A DNA stretch of 25,063 nt, the filler included, from an uncultured virus (IMG/VR IMGVR_UViG_2061766007_000575) (Duplodnaviria; Heunggongvirae; Uroviricota; Caudoviricetes). It is 2 parts of one record of this genome, joined end to end, with 100 filler letters (N's around TTAATTAATTAA, not from the genome) between each part and the next. Parts side by side here need not be neighbours in the genome. Positions count along the whole stretch, not along the records: positions 1 to 10,659 come from IMGVR_UViG_2061766007_000575; positions 10,760 to 25,063 come from IMGVR_UViG_2061766007_000575. One strand, given 5' to 3'. The notes beneath the pieces were generated by a model. The model saw nothing but the letters and a program-made list of their open reading frames with translations. It ran no database searches and was not told the origin of the DNA. The position numbers were made by a program, and so were the translations under genes. Positions 1 through 11,077 of this stretch are shown piece after piece (position 1 is the stretch's first letter; each line of letters opens with the position of its first letter).

Positions 1-10
1 TTTAAATTTT

Positions 11-19
11 TGTTATAAT
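11..19 (+). promoter_or_regulatory. Extended -10 promoter element (TG-n-TATAAT); -35 lies outside the window
   Basis: tgttataat at 11-19 followed by N5-TAGAA as at the other promoters; SD aaggag before ATG 51. Confidence 0.7.
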
Positions 20-50
20 ATATATAGAATAATGGAAAGGAGTTTATAAA

Positions 51-617
51 ATGAGTAATGAGTATAAAGATTGGATAGAAGATAAAAAAAATGCTCCTAT
101 CGACTCTCCAGATCATAATTATTGGCTTTGTTATAAATACCCCTGGCTAATTCCTCACAATCGTTGGACAGATGAAGAAATTGAGGATTTTGATTTTAGT
201 TATACAGAACTTGATGGTATGCCAGAAGGCTGGAAAAAAGCATTTGGAGAACAGATGTGTGAGGAAATTCAGAAGTTACTTGAAGAAGCAGACTATGTTT
301 ATAAGTATAGAATTCTTCAAATTAAAGAGAAGTTTGGAGGTCTGCGGTGGTATGATAACAGTGTCCCTGAATCTATTAGAGAAAGACTTAGCGCAATAAT
401 CAAAAAATATGAAGATCTAAGCGAAAGAACTTGTGTTAACTGCGGCGCGCCGGCCACGAAGATCTCAACTGGTTGGATTAGTCCTTGGTGTGATAAATGT
501 GCTGAAAAAATTCACGATAATTTTGTTCCGGTTGATGAGTGGTTCAAAAAGCAAGAGACACCTTTTGCTGATGGGACAACACTTCATTGGGTTTCAATCG
601 AGCCTTTCGGTCATTAA
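51..617 (+). CDS. Conserved hypothetical phage protein with QIKEKFGGLRWY motif and C-terminal CxxC..CxxC
   Basis: 188-aa ORF with SD; KEKFGxLRxY...TCxxCG pattern recalled from uncharacterised large-phage proteins. Confidence 0.8.
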   Translation: MSNEYKDWIEDKKNAPIDSPDHNYWLCYKYPWLIPHNRWTDEEIEDFDFSYTELDGMPEGWKKAFGEQMCEEIQKLLEEADYVYKYRILQIKEKFGGLRWYDNSVPESIRERLSAIIKKYEDLSERTCVNCGAPATKISTGWISPWCDKCAEKIHDNFVPVDEWFKKQETPFADGTTLHWVSIEPFGH

Positions 618-620
618 AAT

Positions 621-649
621 TTGAAAGTTTTGAAAATTTTGTCTATGCT
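621..649 (+). promoter_or_regulatory. sigma70/sigmaA-like promoter for the topoisomerase genes
   Basis: TTGAAA 621-626, 17-nt spacer, TATGCT 644-649; SD aggag 666-670. Confidence 0.6.
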
Positions 650-678
650 ATAAGAGATAGACAAAAGGAGTTGAATTA

Positions 679-2977
679 ATGGAATATAATGCGAATGACA
701 TTAAGACTCTTGATTTTAGAACCGCAATTCGCTCTCGTATTGCCATGTATATGGGCAGCGCAGATAATCAAGGTGTTCTTCAATGCGTCAGAGAAATTAT
801 TACGAACTCAATAGATGAAGCAACAATGGGCTTTGGCGATAAAATTTATCTTGATTTATGGGAAGGTAATAAAATTAGGATTGCTGATGAAGGCCGCGGC
901 TGTCCATTCGGAATTAGAGAGGATGGAACGGAAGCTCTTGAGGCTATCTATACAATGGCGCACTCCGGCGCAAAGTTTGATGATAAGATCTTTCAAAATG
1001 TGGCAGGCATGAATGGTATCGGCGCGAAAGGTGTGGCGCTTTCTTCAGATATATTTGAAGTTTGGAGTACAAGAGATAATAAATGTGCCTATCTTCGTTT
1101 AAAAGATGGAATAAAAGAATCCTTTACAGTTGGCCCACAAGANNNNNNNNNNACTTGATTTTAGAACTGCAATTCGCTCTCGCATTGCCATGTATATGGG
1201 CAGCGCAGATAATCAAGGTGTTCTTCAATGTGTCAGAGAAATTATTACAAACTCAATAGATGAAGCGACAATGGGGTTTGGTGATAAAATTTATCTTGAT
1301 TTATGGGAAGGTAATAAAATTAGAATTGCTGATGAAGGTCGTGGCTGTCCATTCGGAATTAGAGAAGATGGGACAGAAGCTCTTGAGGCTATCTATACAA
1401 TGGCACACTCCGGCGCAAAGTTTGATGATAAGATCTTTCAGAATGTAGCAGGCATGAATGGTATCGGTGCAAAAGGTGTTGCGCTTTCTTCAGACATATT
1501 TGAAGTTTGGAGTACAAGAGATAATAAATGTGCCTACCTTCGTTTAAAAGATGGAATAAAAGAATCCTTTACAGTTGGCCCACAAGAAAAAATACATACT
1601 GGAACTATTGTACAATTTATTCCCTCTCAAGAAGTATATAACCTTGAACCTATTTCAATTGATTTTGAAGAAATCAAAAAAATGTGCCAAGATTGGTCTT
1701 ATCTTTCCAAAGGCGTTTCATTTATTCTCCATAATCATATTACTAATGAAAGAGTAACCTATCTTTCTAAAAATGGTTTAATTGATTTTATGAAAGAACA
1801 AGGCGGCCGACCACTTCATCGAACCCCTCTTAAAATTGAGGTTAAAGAAGATGGTATTGAAGCCGAAATCGTTATGGAGTGGACAGACAGCCGTACCGAA
1901 ACTTGGCATGTTTTCACAAATGGACTTGAAAATGTTGAAGGCGGCACTTCTCTCACTGGTATTAAAACCGCTTTAACCAACTTTTTTAAGAAAAAATTAA
2001 AAGGTGAAGCAAGTCCAGAAATTTTGAGAAAGGGTTTGTTTTATGCTGTAAGTTGTAAAGTTCCAAATCCTTCTTTTGCCAATCAAACAAAAACAAAAGT
2101 TAACAATCCAGAACTACGAGGGCTTTGTCAGCGCGCGACTGGTCAAATGTTGGAAGAGTTCGAACGTCGGCACAAAGATGAGTTTGAGAGAGTTTTAGAA
2201 CTATTAACAAAAGAAATGAAGGCTGAAGCTGCTGCGGAGAGAGCGCGCAAACAAGTTTTAGAAGCAACAAAAGATATTGAGAAGAATCAAAAGAAGAAAG
2301 TTTTTGCAAGCGATAAATTGAAAGATGCAGAATTTCTTGGACAAGGATCAACTCTTTTAATTTGCGAAGGTGATAGCGCGCTTGGAGCAATGGCGCAGGC
2401 AAGAGATGTTACCAAGTATGGCCTTATGGCTATTAGAGGAAAAATTTTAAATTGTCTTTCTAATGACGAAGAAAAAATTTATCAAAACGAAGAAATTAAA
2501 CTTCTTCTTAGTGCTATGAATATAGTGCCAGGTAAATATAATGCTTCTAAATTGAGATATGGTAAAATTGCTATTTGTAGTGATAGTGATAGCGATGGTT
2601 ATCACATTGGTTTACTTATAATGGCCGCGATTCATTATTTAGCGCCGCAATTTCTAGAAGAAGGTCGCTTATGTTGGCTTCGTTCTCCACTGTTTATTGT
2701 TAAAAAAGGAAAAGAAGAAACTTATTTCTTTACCGAAGAAGAATTTAATAAACAGCGTAATAAAATAAAGGGAGAAGTAAGCCGAGCTAAAGGTTTGGGT
2801 GCTTTATCACCAGAGCAAGCAAAAAAATCTATGTTTGATCCGCAATATCAAAAAATGGATATTTTAGAGCCAACTGAAGAGTCTTTGGTATTACTTGAAC
2901 AATTAATGGGCAAAGAAGTTGAGCCAAGAAGAGATTATATTTTTTCAAAAATTGACTTTTCTACAATTAGGGAGTAA
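679..2977 (+). CDS. gyrB: Type IIA topoisomerase / gyrase subunit B (single gene, N-terminal part duplicated across an assembly gap)
   Basis: GHKL ATPase motifs (EIITNSIDE, DEGRG, HSGAKF, GMNGIGAK); TOPRIM motifs EGDSA, IRGKILN, DSDSDG; KGLG. Confidence 0.93.
1154..1587 (+). repeat. Variant duplicate of 709-1142 across a 10-N gap (assembly or strain artefact)
   Basis: Same translation with synonymous changes (acc/act, cgt/cgc, tgc/tgt). Confidence 0.9.
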
Positions 2978-3003
2978 TTTTATATATCTTGGGGCATTCA
3001 GCT

Positions 3004-3017
3004 CTACTTACAATTAG
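3004..3017 (+). promoter_or_regulatory. Putative alternative (late?) promoter motif yTACTT-N5-TAG
   Basis: ctactt acaat tag; same motif precedes the other two endonuclease genes. Confidence 0.5.
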
Positions 3018-3029
3018 GAGGCGAAAGTA

Positions 3030-3773
3030 ATGATAGGGATATATAAAATTACCAATAAAAATAACGGCTTAATTTATATTGGGCAAAGCAAAAATATAGA
3101 AAGAAGAAAGACAGAACATTTTAATAATAATAAATACAATCTGTCTGAAATAGATAAAACCATTCAATTAATTGGTGCTGAAAATTTTTCTTTTGAAGTT
3201 TTAGAAGAATGTTTAGCCGAAGAATTAGATCAAAAAGAAGAATATTGGATTCAATATTATGATAGTTATAATAATGGATATAATAAAACGAAAGGCGGCC
3301 AAGGTCGTTTTAGTGGCGGCAGACCCATTTTAACTGAAGAAGATGTAATTAACATAAGAAAAGCTTATGCTAATCGAGAAGAAAGAGATAGGGTTTATTT
3401 ATTATACCAAAACAAAATTACTAAAAATGGTTTTTTACAAGTGTGGCAAGGCAATAGGTGGAAAAATATAATGCCAGAAGTTTATACAGAAGAAAATAAG
3501 GAATATCAAAAACAAAAAGGCAAATTTAAAAGTGGTGGGGAGCATTTTAAAGCAGCATTTTCAAACGAAGAAGTCCTTTTAATAAGAAAAAGATATGTAA
3601 ATGAAACTGCTAAACAGATTTGGGAAGACTATCAAGATCGTTGTACTCTTGGTTCTTTTAAACAGATACTAATAGGAGTAAAGTATAGTAATCTTCCTAT
3701 ATATAAAAAACAACAAAAACAATGGATTAATATAGGAGAATATGATGAATTTAAAACAAATAATCGAGGATAG
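3030..3773 (+). CDS. Free-standing GIY-YIG homing endonuclease
   Basis: MIGIYKITN...IYIGQS...RxxEH, E..YWI, GYNKTKGG; two repeated C-terminal DNA-binding-like units; lies between gyrB and gyrA. Confidence 0.9.
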   Translation: MIGIYKITNKNNGLIYIGQSKNIERRKTEHFNNNKYNLSEIDKTIQLIGAENFSFEVLEECLAEELDQKEEYWIQYYDSYNNGYNKTKGGQGRFSGGRPILTEEDVINIRKAYANREERDRVYLLYQNKITKNGFLQVWQGNRWKNIMPEVYTEENKEYQKQKGKFKSGGEHFKAAFSNEEVLLIRKRYVNETAKQIWEDYQDRCTLGSFKQILIGVKYSNLPIYKKQQKQWINIGEYDEFKTNNRG

Positions 3774-6510
3774 TTTTTCTCAATATAGTGCAGCAGTATT
3801 ACAAAATAGAGCTTTGGTTGATGTAAGAGATTGTATTAAACCTTCTGCTCGTCAGATTTTTTATTGTATGTTTACTGATAATTTTATTCATAAAAAGCCT
3901 TTTCAAAAAACCCTTAAGGCCATTGGTAGCGCAATGAGGGTATATATTCATGGAGATAGCTCTTGTGAAGGAATTATTATGAGGGCCGCGCAGCCTTTTG
4001 CTATGCGTTATCCATTAGTTGAGGTCGAAGGAAATGGAGGAAATTTAATTTCCTCTGGTAATTATGCCGCGCCACGTTATACTGGAGCAAGATTATCCCC
4101 TTTGGCTGAATATCTTTTTGCGGACATTGATAAAGATACAATAAATGAATGGCGTGACAATTATGATAATACTGAACAATATCCAGCGGTACTTCCTTCT
4201 AAAGGTTTTTACAACTTAGTAAACGGAAATTTTGGAATTGCAATTGGAGCAAGTTGTTCAATTCCTCAATATAATTTGAAAGAGTTAAATGAAGCACTTT
4301 GTAAATTACTTTTGAATCCAGAAATTGATTTTGAAGAAATTTACTGCGCGCCGGACTTTGCAACTGGTGCGATTTTACTCAATGCGGAGGAAGTAAAAGA
4401 AAGTCATCGAAATGGTCACGGTTTTGCTTGTAAGTTAAGAAGTAAAGTTGATTATGACTCAAAAGAGCGTTGTTTCATAGTTTCTGAAATTCCTTATATG
4501 GTTTATACCGAAACAATTTGTAAGGAACTCGAAGAAATTATTGAAGGTGATAAGAATCCTGGTATTGATAGATTTAATGACTTAACAGGCGAAAAACCTA
4601 ATATTAAAATTTATCTCGCGCGCAATGCTAATCCGGATCGTGTTCTTAAAGANNNNNNNNNNACCGGACTTTGCGACAGGCGCGATTCTACTTAATGCGG
4701 AAGAAATTAAAGAAAGTCATAAGAATGGTCACGGTTTTGCTTGTAAACTGCGTAGTAAGGTTGATTATGATTCAAAAGAGCGTTGTTTTATAGTTTCTGA
4801 AATTCCTTATATGGTTTATACTGAAACAATTTGTAAGGAACTCGAAGAAATTATTGAAGGCGACAAAAACCCTGGAATTGATAGATTTAATGACTTAACA
4901 GGTGAAAAACCCAACATTAAAATTTATCTCGCGCGCAATGCTAATCCGGATCGTGTTCTTAAAGAACTCTACAAAAATACCTCTCTCCAATCTTATTACT
5001 CTGTAAACTTTACAATGTTGGAGAATGGTAGATTTCCAAGAGTTTTCGGCTGGAAAGAACTCCTACAANNNNNNNNNNGCTTTATAAGAATACTTCACTT
5101 CAATCTTACTACTCTGTGAACTTTACGATGCTGGAGAATGGTAGATTTCCAAGAGTTTTCGGCTGGAAAGAACTCCTACAAGCCCATATTGACCATGAAA
5201 AAGAAATTTATCGTCGGGGTTTTGAGTTTGATCTAAAGAAAATTCAAAATCGGCTTCACATCATTGAAGGACTCTTAAAAGCCTATGATGTAATTGATGA
5301 AGTTATCCAAACAATTAAAACTGCGGCGGACACAAAGAGTGCAAATATTGCTCTCCAAAAACTTCTTCAAATTGATGAAACCCAAGCAAAAGCAATTTTG
5401 GACTTAAAACTTTCTAAACTCTCAAAACTCGACATTGGAAAGTTAAAAAATGAACAAGACGAGCTTACACAGCGCGCGAGCCATATTTTGGAGATTTTGA
5501 ATAGTACAGAACTGTTCAATAATGAACTAATAAAGGGATGGCATGAAGTTGCAGAAAAATTTGGGGATTCGCGCCGTACACGTATTCTTAACTTGAGCGA
5601 AGATAACAATGAAACTATTGAAGTTAAATCTTTAATGGCGAATCTGACTAATGAGAATAATCTCTTCATTGAAGAAACTTCTTCTCTCTATAGTCAGCGG
5701 CGCGGTGGAGTCGGCAGTAAGTTCAAACTTGGAAAAAACGAATATGTGACAACTTCCACAACTTGCCAAAATACTGATAATCTTCTCTTCTTTACACAGA
5801 AGGGCAATGTTTACGCCTATGAAGCCGGCGCCCTACCTATTGGAGAAAAGATTGCAGTTGAGAGTTTGTTTGCGATTTCGACTAATGAAAAGGTTTGTGC
5901 GATTACAAACCTTTCAAATTCTAATCCGGCGCGCCACATCGTCTTTATTACTAAAAATGGTATGCTGAAGAAGAGTCTTCTCTCTGAATATAATATAAAG
6001 AGAGCTAAAAATGGAATTAAGGCACTTGAATTAAATCCAAACGATGAAGTTAACTCAATTCTCTTTATGAATGAAGAAAAACTTGGAATCGCAACTAAGT
6101 CCGGTAACTTCATTATCATTGAAACAAAGGACATTCGTTCAATTGGGCGCACCGCAAAAGGCATTGTCGGCATTAAGCTTGACGCATCCGACTACGTAGT
6201 CAGCGCGCGAGCCATCGACTCTGATACAAAAGAAATAATCTCAATTTCAGAAGATGGTTATATAAAACGCACTTCAATTGATGAGTTCCGCACAACTGGT
6301 CGCGGTACTAAGGGTGTAAAGCTTCAAAAGACCGATTCTCTTTGTGATTTTCTACCAGTGGCCGGCGCTCTCGACGTACTTATAACCGCCGAAACATCTC
6401 AAATTCGGCTCCGTTTAACCGAAATCCCACAATTGTCCCGTGGCACACAAGGGGTGCGCGCAATAAAGCTCCCAGAAAATTCCAAAATAAAAGAAATTGC
6501 AAAAATTTAA
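3742..6510 (+). CDS. gyrA: Type IIA topoisomerase / gyrase subunit A with C-terminal beta-pinwheel (single gene across two gaps with overlapping variant copies)
   Basis: NRALVDVRDCIKP, HGDSS, catalytic AAPRYT, PDFATG; CTD repeats (SIGRTAKGI, TGRGTKGV, SRGTQGV); QRRGGVG box. Confidence 0.92.
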
Positions 6511-6521
6511 CCACTAAAAAT

Positions 6522-6550
6522 TTGAAACTTTTCAAAAATTAATATATAAT
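6522..6550 (+). promoter_or_regulatory. sigma70/sigmaA-like promoter
   Basis: TTGAAA 6522-6527, 17-nt spacer, TATAAT 6545-6550. Confidence 0.75.
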
Positions 6551-6636
6551 AAATATAGAAAGTTGAGAGAAAACTTTCTAATAAAATTGCGCCATCATAA
6601 TGGCAAATCTATTATTAAAAAAAGGAGAAAAAAAGA

Positions 6637-6894
6637 ATGGCTGAAGGAATTAAACTGACTGAGAAGAGTGCTGAAGTATTTAACTATGTGAAGGCTAATG
6701 GTGGTCGCGTTTCTATTGATGAGATCGTTAATGCGACTGGCCGTACTGCTCGTTCCATCAACGCGAACGTGACGGATCTGTGCGGTGAGAAGAAGGGTCT
6801 TTGCGAGCGTGAGAAGGTTGAGGTTGAGGGCCAGGATAAGCCTGTTACCTATGTTAAGCTGACTCCTGCTGGCGAGGCTTTTGTTGCTGAGTAA
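6637..6894 (+). CDS. Small winged-helix DNA-binding protein
   Basis: 85 aa; LTEKSAEVFNYVK...SIDEIVNATGRTARSINANVTDL...YVKLTPAG fits a wHTH pattern; strong SD aaggag. Confidence 0.75.
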   Translation: MAEGIKLTEKSAEVFNYVKANGGRVSIDEIVNATGRTARSINANVTDLCGEKKGLCEREKVEVEGQDKPVTYVKLTPAGEAFVAE

Positions 6895-6899
6895 TATAG

Positions 6900-6921
6900 G
6901 GGAAGCTTTGCTTCCCTTTTT
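6900..6921 (+). terminator. Intrinsic terminator
   Basis: gggaagc-ttt-gcttccc followed by ttttt. Confidence 0.8.
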
Positions 6922-6965
6922 ACTTAGTCTTTAAAAGAACCATTTATTAAAAGGAGAAAAATTAA

Positions 6966-8256
6966 ATGATTAGAGAAGCAGAAAATAATGTAAGAATTGA
7001 AGGTATACTGTCTGAAGTTGATTTAAACTACGGTTCTTTTAAGAAAAAGACGACTGGTGAAACCGTCAACTCAATTGGCGGTACTATTAAAGTTCAGGTA
7101 AATCAGAACATTAATGGTGAGCCTGTTATGCTTGAGGTTCCTGTGCATATGTTTGCATCTGAGTATACAAACAAGGGTACAAAGAATCCTGCATATCAGA
7201 ACATTGAAAAGATTAAGAATGAACTCACTTCAATTGCTGCGGCAGGTGGTGTACAGAACGCAGATGCAATCCGTATCACCAGCGGGCGCATTGTGATGAA
7301 TGAATTTGCAAATAGGTTTGGAGAGATTTCTTCTTATCCGCGCATTCAGGCATCTTTTGTCAATAAGATCTCGCAGGATGAGATGACTCCGCAGGCAACT
7401 TTTAGCATTAACTTTGTTGTGGGTAAGAAAACTCCCGAAGTTAACAAGGAAGGTATCGAAACTGGTAGGCTCAAGATTACTGGTGTAGTGCCGCAGTTCG
7501 GTGGTAAAGTTGATGTTGTTGACTTTATCGCAACTAATCCGAAGGCAATTGAGTCTATTGAACAGTATTGGAATGAGAATGACACAGTTAGCGCGATTGG
7601 TCGTCTGAACTTNNNNNNNNNNCGAGAAAATTAAGAATGAACTCACTTCAATTGCTGCGGCGGGTGGCGTACAGAACGCAGATGCAATCCGTATCACCAG
7701 CGGGCGCATTGTGATGAANNNNNNNNNNNNNNNNNNNNNNNNNNNNNNNNNNNNNNNNNNNNNNNNNNNNNNNNNNNNNNNNNNNNNNNNNNNNNNNNNN
7801 NNNNNNNNNNNNNNNNNNNNNNNNNNNNNNNNNNNNNNNNNNNNNNNNNNNNNNNNNNNTCCGCAGTTTGGTGGTAAGGTTGATGTTGTTGACTTTATTG
7901 CAACTAACCCGAAGGCAATTGAGTCTATTGAGCAGTATTGGAATGAGAATGACACAGTTAGCGCGATTGGTCGTCTGAACTTTAGTTCGCGCAAGGAAAC
8001 TGTTGTCAAGGAAGTTGATTTTGGCGAGCCGCAGGAAACTGTTCGTACTTTCTCTGTCAGTGAGCTGATTATAACTGGTGGCGCGGCAACTCCTCTTGAG
8101 GGTGACGCAGCCTATGATCCGGCAGAAATCAGAGACGCTCTTGCTGATAGAAAAGCTCGTCTGGATAAGATGAAGGAAGACGCAGCTAACACAACCACAA
8201 AGACGCGTAACGCGCCGGCTGCTGATTCGAAAGGTAGGATAGACCTCGGTTTTTAA
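6966..8256 (+). CDS. Probable single-stranded DNA-binding protein (gene spans gaps with duplicated variant pieces)
   Basis: Beta-rich OB-like N-terminus (NNVRIEGILSEVDL), flexible tail ending DLGF, position before the ATPase and helicase genes. Confidence 0.6.
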
Positions 8257-8267
8257 GGAGGGCTTAA

Positions 8268-8918
8268 ATGGCAATTAATTTGTTAGACCTCCAACCATCT
8301 GTTATAAATAAAAGTTTATCGGGTAAAACAATCCTATTAGCAGGACAGCCAAAAATAGGTAAGAGTGAGTGGTGTGCGTCTAGTCCGCGCACCCTCATTT
8401 TTGACCTTGAAAATGGTTACAATGCACATCCTGGAGTTTATAAAGTTTCTGTCACTAAATGGAGTGACATTAAAATGTATCTCCAGCAACTAAAAAAAGA
8501 AGAACTCAAAGCTAAATACGATAATGTCGCATTTGATACTATTAGTGTAGCTTGGGACCTTTGTACACAGTATATTTGTGCCCAAAANNNNNNNNNNGAA
8601 TGGTTACAATGCACATCCTGGAGTTTATAAGGTTTCTGTCACTAAATGGAGTGACATTAAAATGTATCTCCAGCAACTTAAAAAAGAAGAACTCAAAGCT
8701 AAATATGATAATGTCGCATTTGACACTATTAGTGTAGCTTGGGACCTTTGTACACAGTATATTTGTGCCCAAAATGGCGTAAGTAAAATTGGGGAAATTC
8801 CTTACGGCGCGGGTTATAAAGCTCGTGACGATGAGTTCGCCAATACTCTTCGTTCTTTTATTATGCTCGATTATGGACTTATCCTTACTTGCCATGTAAA
8901 AGAAACTACCGTTGGTAC
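8268..8918 (+). CDS. AAA_24/Sak4-like P-loop ATPase, N-terminal part
   Basis: Walker A GQPKIGKS, DLENG, Walker B NVAFDTIS; overlaps in sequence with the piece at 12939. Confidence 0.8.
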
Positions 8919-9026
8919 NNNNNNNNNNGAAAAAGCAAATTTGATTATTTAATTGAAGTAGAAGGGAAAATTTTTTACTTCTAATTGTTAGAGGACACAA
9001 ATCTATCTAAGAAAGGAGGGAAACAG

Positions 9027-11075
9027 ATGGCTATTAAACTTATGTCTGTTAATGGTGTCAATAATGAGAATATAGCGGAATTTATAGTTGATACTGAAGA
9101 TGAAAAGTCTCAAATTCCAGCTGAATATATGGTTCAAGGTACTGAAGCACAGGTTATTGAAGGTGGAAAAAGATATAGATTAGATTGTGATTTAGATTGG
9201 ACCGAAGTAAAAGAATTTACTGGTAGTGGAAGCGGCGGAAGTGGTGGAGGAGACACTAGACCAACTGTAGTTGTTAAACCATTATCTGTTGAACAAAATG
9301 GAACTATAACCGCTCCAAGAGGAAAGGCTTATAGTCCAGTTACAGTAAATGTACCAAATACATATACTCAAGAAGATCAAGGGAAAGTCGTTTATCAAGA
9401 TGGATTAAGAGGACAGCTTTCTAAAAGCATTAGTTTTAATGGTACTTGGGATACTACATATTATAATAGTGTATTTGTTAGTGTCCCAAATAGATATACC
9501 GCTGAAGATAATAATAAAGTTGTTCAGGGATCTTCTTTAATAGAACAAACTTCTACAACTTTTACTCAAAATGGTACTTATGATACTACGCTTAATAATA
9601 GTGTTGAAGTTCATGTAGAATATTCAGAAAAAGATTTTTTTAAAGAAGAAAAGGATGTAAATTTTATTGATTATAAAGGAAATATAATTCATTCTTATTT
9701 TATCGAAGAATTTTTACAATTAAATGAACTACCTGAAAATGCTCCCAGCCTACCCGAAAAAGGTGTAACTACTCATGGATGGAATTATCTTTTACCATCA
9801 GCAAAAAGTGCTGCACAACTTTATAAAAAGCTATGGATTGGAGCAGTATATATTTGTCAAAATACTGAATTAGATATAAGTTTAGACAATGGAGCAACTT
9901 CACCTACTTTATGTATTGAAATAACTTCGGGAGCTATTAATATAGATTGGGGAGATAATACTTCTTTAGATGAAGTGGTATGGGATGCTAATTCTCCAAC
10001 TTTACGCTTTATTACTCATAATTATAATAAACCAGGGAAATATACAATAAAAATCATTAGTGAAAATAATGTACCTCATTATTCATTAACAGGTTCATAT
10101 TCTTATAGCTGTCTCCTTTCTGATAAAAACAAAGGAGAAAGTTATAACGCTGTTTATGCAGAAGCTATTTTAGAAGCAAGAATAAATGGTTTAGGTAAAG
10201 TTTCTTCATATGCTTTTTCTAATTGTAAAAATCTTAGTTATTTAATTTTAAATTCTGGCTCAGATCTTTCTTCAGATTATATTTTTCAAAATTCTGGAAT
10301 AAAAAATATTATTATTCCGATTACTTCCACTAATCATGTTTATTCAGCAGGGATAAATTGTTTTTCTAATTGTAGCAGTTTAAGATATATTTCTTGTATT
10401 CCTAATGTGATGCAGTTTGGAGATTCTTGCTTCCAAAATTGTTTAGGATTAAGAAATGGCGTCTTTTTAGGTACTAATGATATTCATTCTTCTTGTTTTA
10501 AAGATGATAAAGGTTTAAGCAATATTATAATTCCAGATTACGTAACTATAATNNNNNNNNNNAAGCATTTTTTTGATCTTCTATCCAATCTTTATATTCA
10601 TTACTCATATTTATAAACTCCTTTCCATTATTCTATATATATTATAACAAAAATTTAAANNNNNNNNNNNNNNNNNNNNNNNNNNNNNNNNNNNNNNNNN
10701 NNNTTAATTAATTAANNNNNNNNNNNNNNNNNNNNNNNNNNNNNNNNNNNNNNNNNNNNCTTAGGATTAAGAAATGGCGTCTTTTTAGGTACTAATGATA
10801 TTCATACTTCTTGTTTTAAGGATGATAAAGGTTTAAGCAATATTATAATTCCAGATTACGTAACTATAATAAGAGCCAATGCTTTTAATGGTTGTATGGG
10901 TATAAATGAAATTTATTTTAAATCTACCACTCCTCCAATAATACCAAACAGTAATGCTTTTTCTAGTATTCCTTCTACTTGTAAAATATATGTGCCAGAT
11001 GGAACTCTTGAAACATATACTACTGCCACTAATTATCCGAATCCAAATACTTATACCTATATAGAGGAGGCTTAA
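9027..11075 (+). CDS. Multidomain virion/surface-type protein: ~44-aa repeats, PKD-like domain, BspA-type leucine-rich repeats (3' end resumes at 10760 after gaps)
   Basis: SD aaggaggg before ATG 9027; NGTxD repeats; IDWGDN..THNYNKPGKYTIKI; AFSNCKNL, CFSNCSSL, CFQNCLGL; C-cap KIYVPDGTLETY then TAA 11073-11075. Confidence 0.8.
10563..10659 (-). repeat. Inverted variant copy of window positions ~1-96 (promoter and start of ORF 51), bounded by N-gaps
   Basis: Reverse complement reads tttaaatttttgttataatatatatagaataatggaaaggagtttataaatatgagtaatgaatataaagattggatagaagat. Confidence 0.9.
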
Positions 11076-11077
11076 AA

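Noticed and set aside
2965..2972. AATTAGGG at the gyrB end identical to the dnaE 8-nt insert
   Set aside because: An 8-mer match in 25 kb of AT-rich DNA is expected by chance.
679..6510. Naturally split or duplicated topoisomerase genes
   Set aside because: Breaks occur only at gaps, with overlapping near-identical sequence.
10563..10659. Terminal inverted repeat or invertible promoter
   Set aside because: Short gap-bounded variant of the window start; best explained as a mis-scaffolded bubble.
10443..10870. Diversity-generating retroelement TR/VR pair in the LRR gene
   Set aside because: Only a couple of differences between gap-flanking copies, and no reverse transcriptase in the window.
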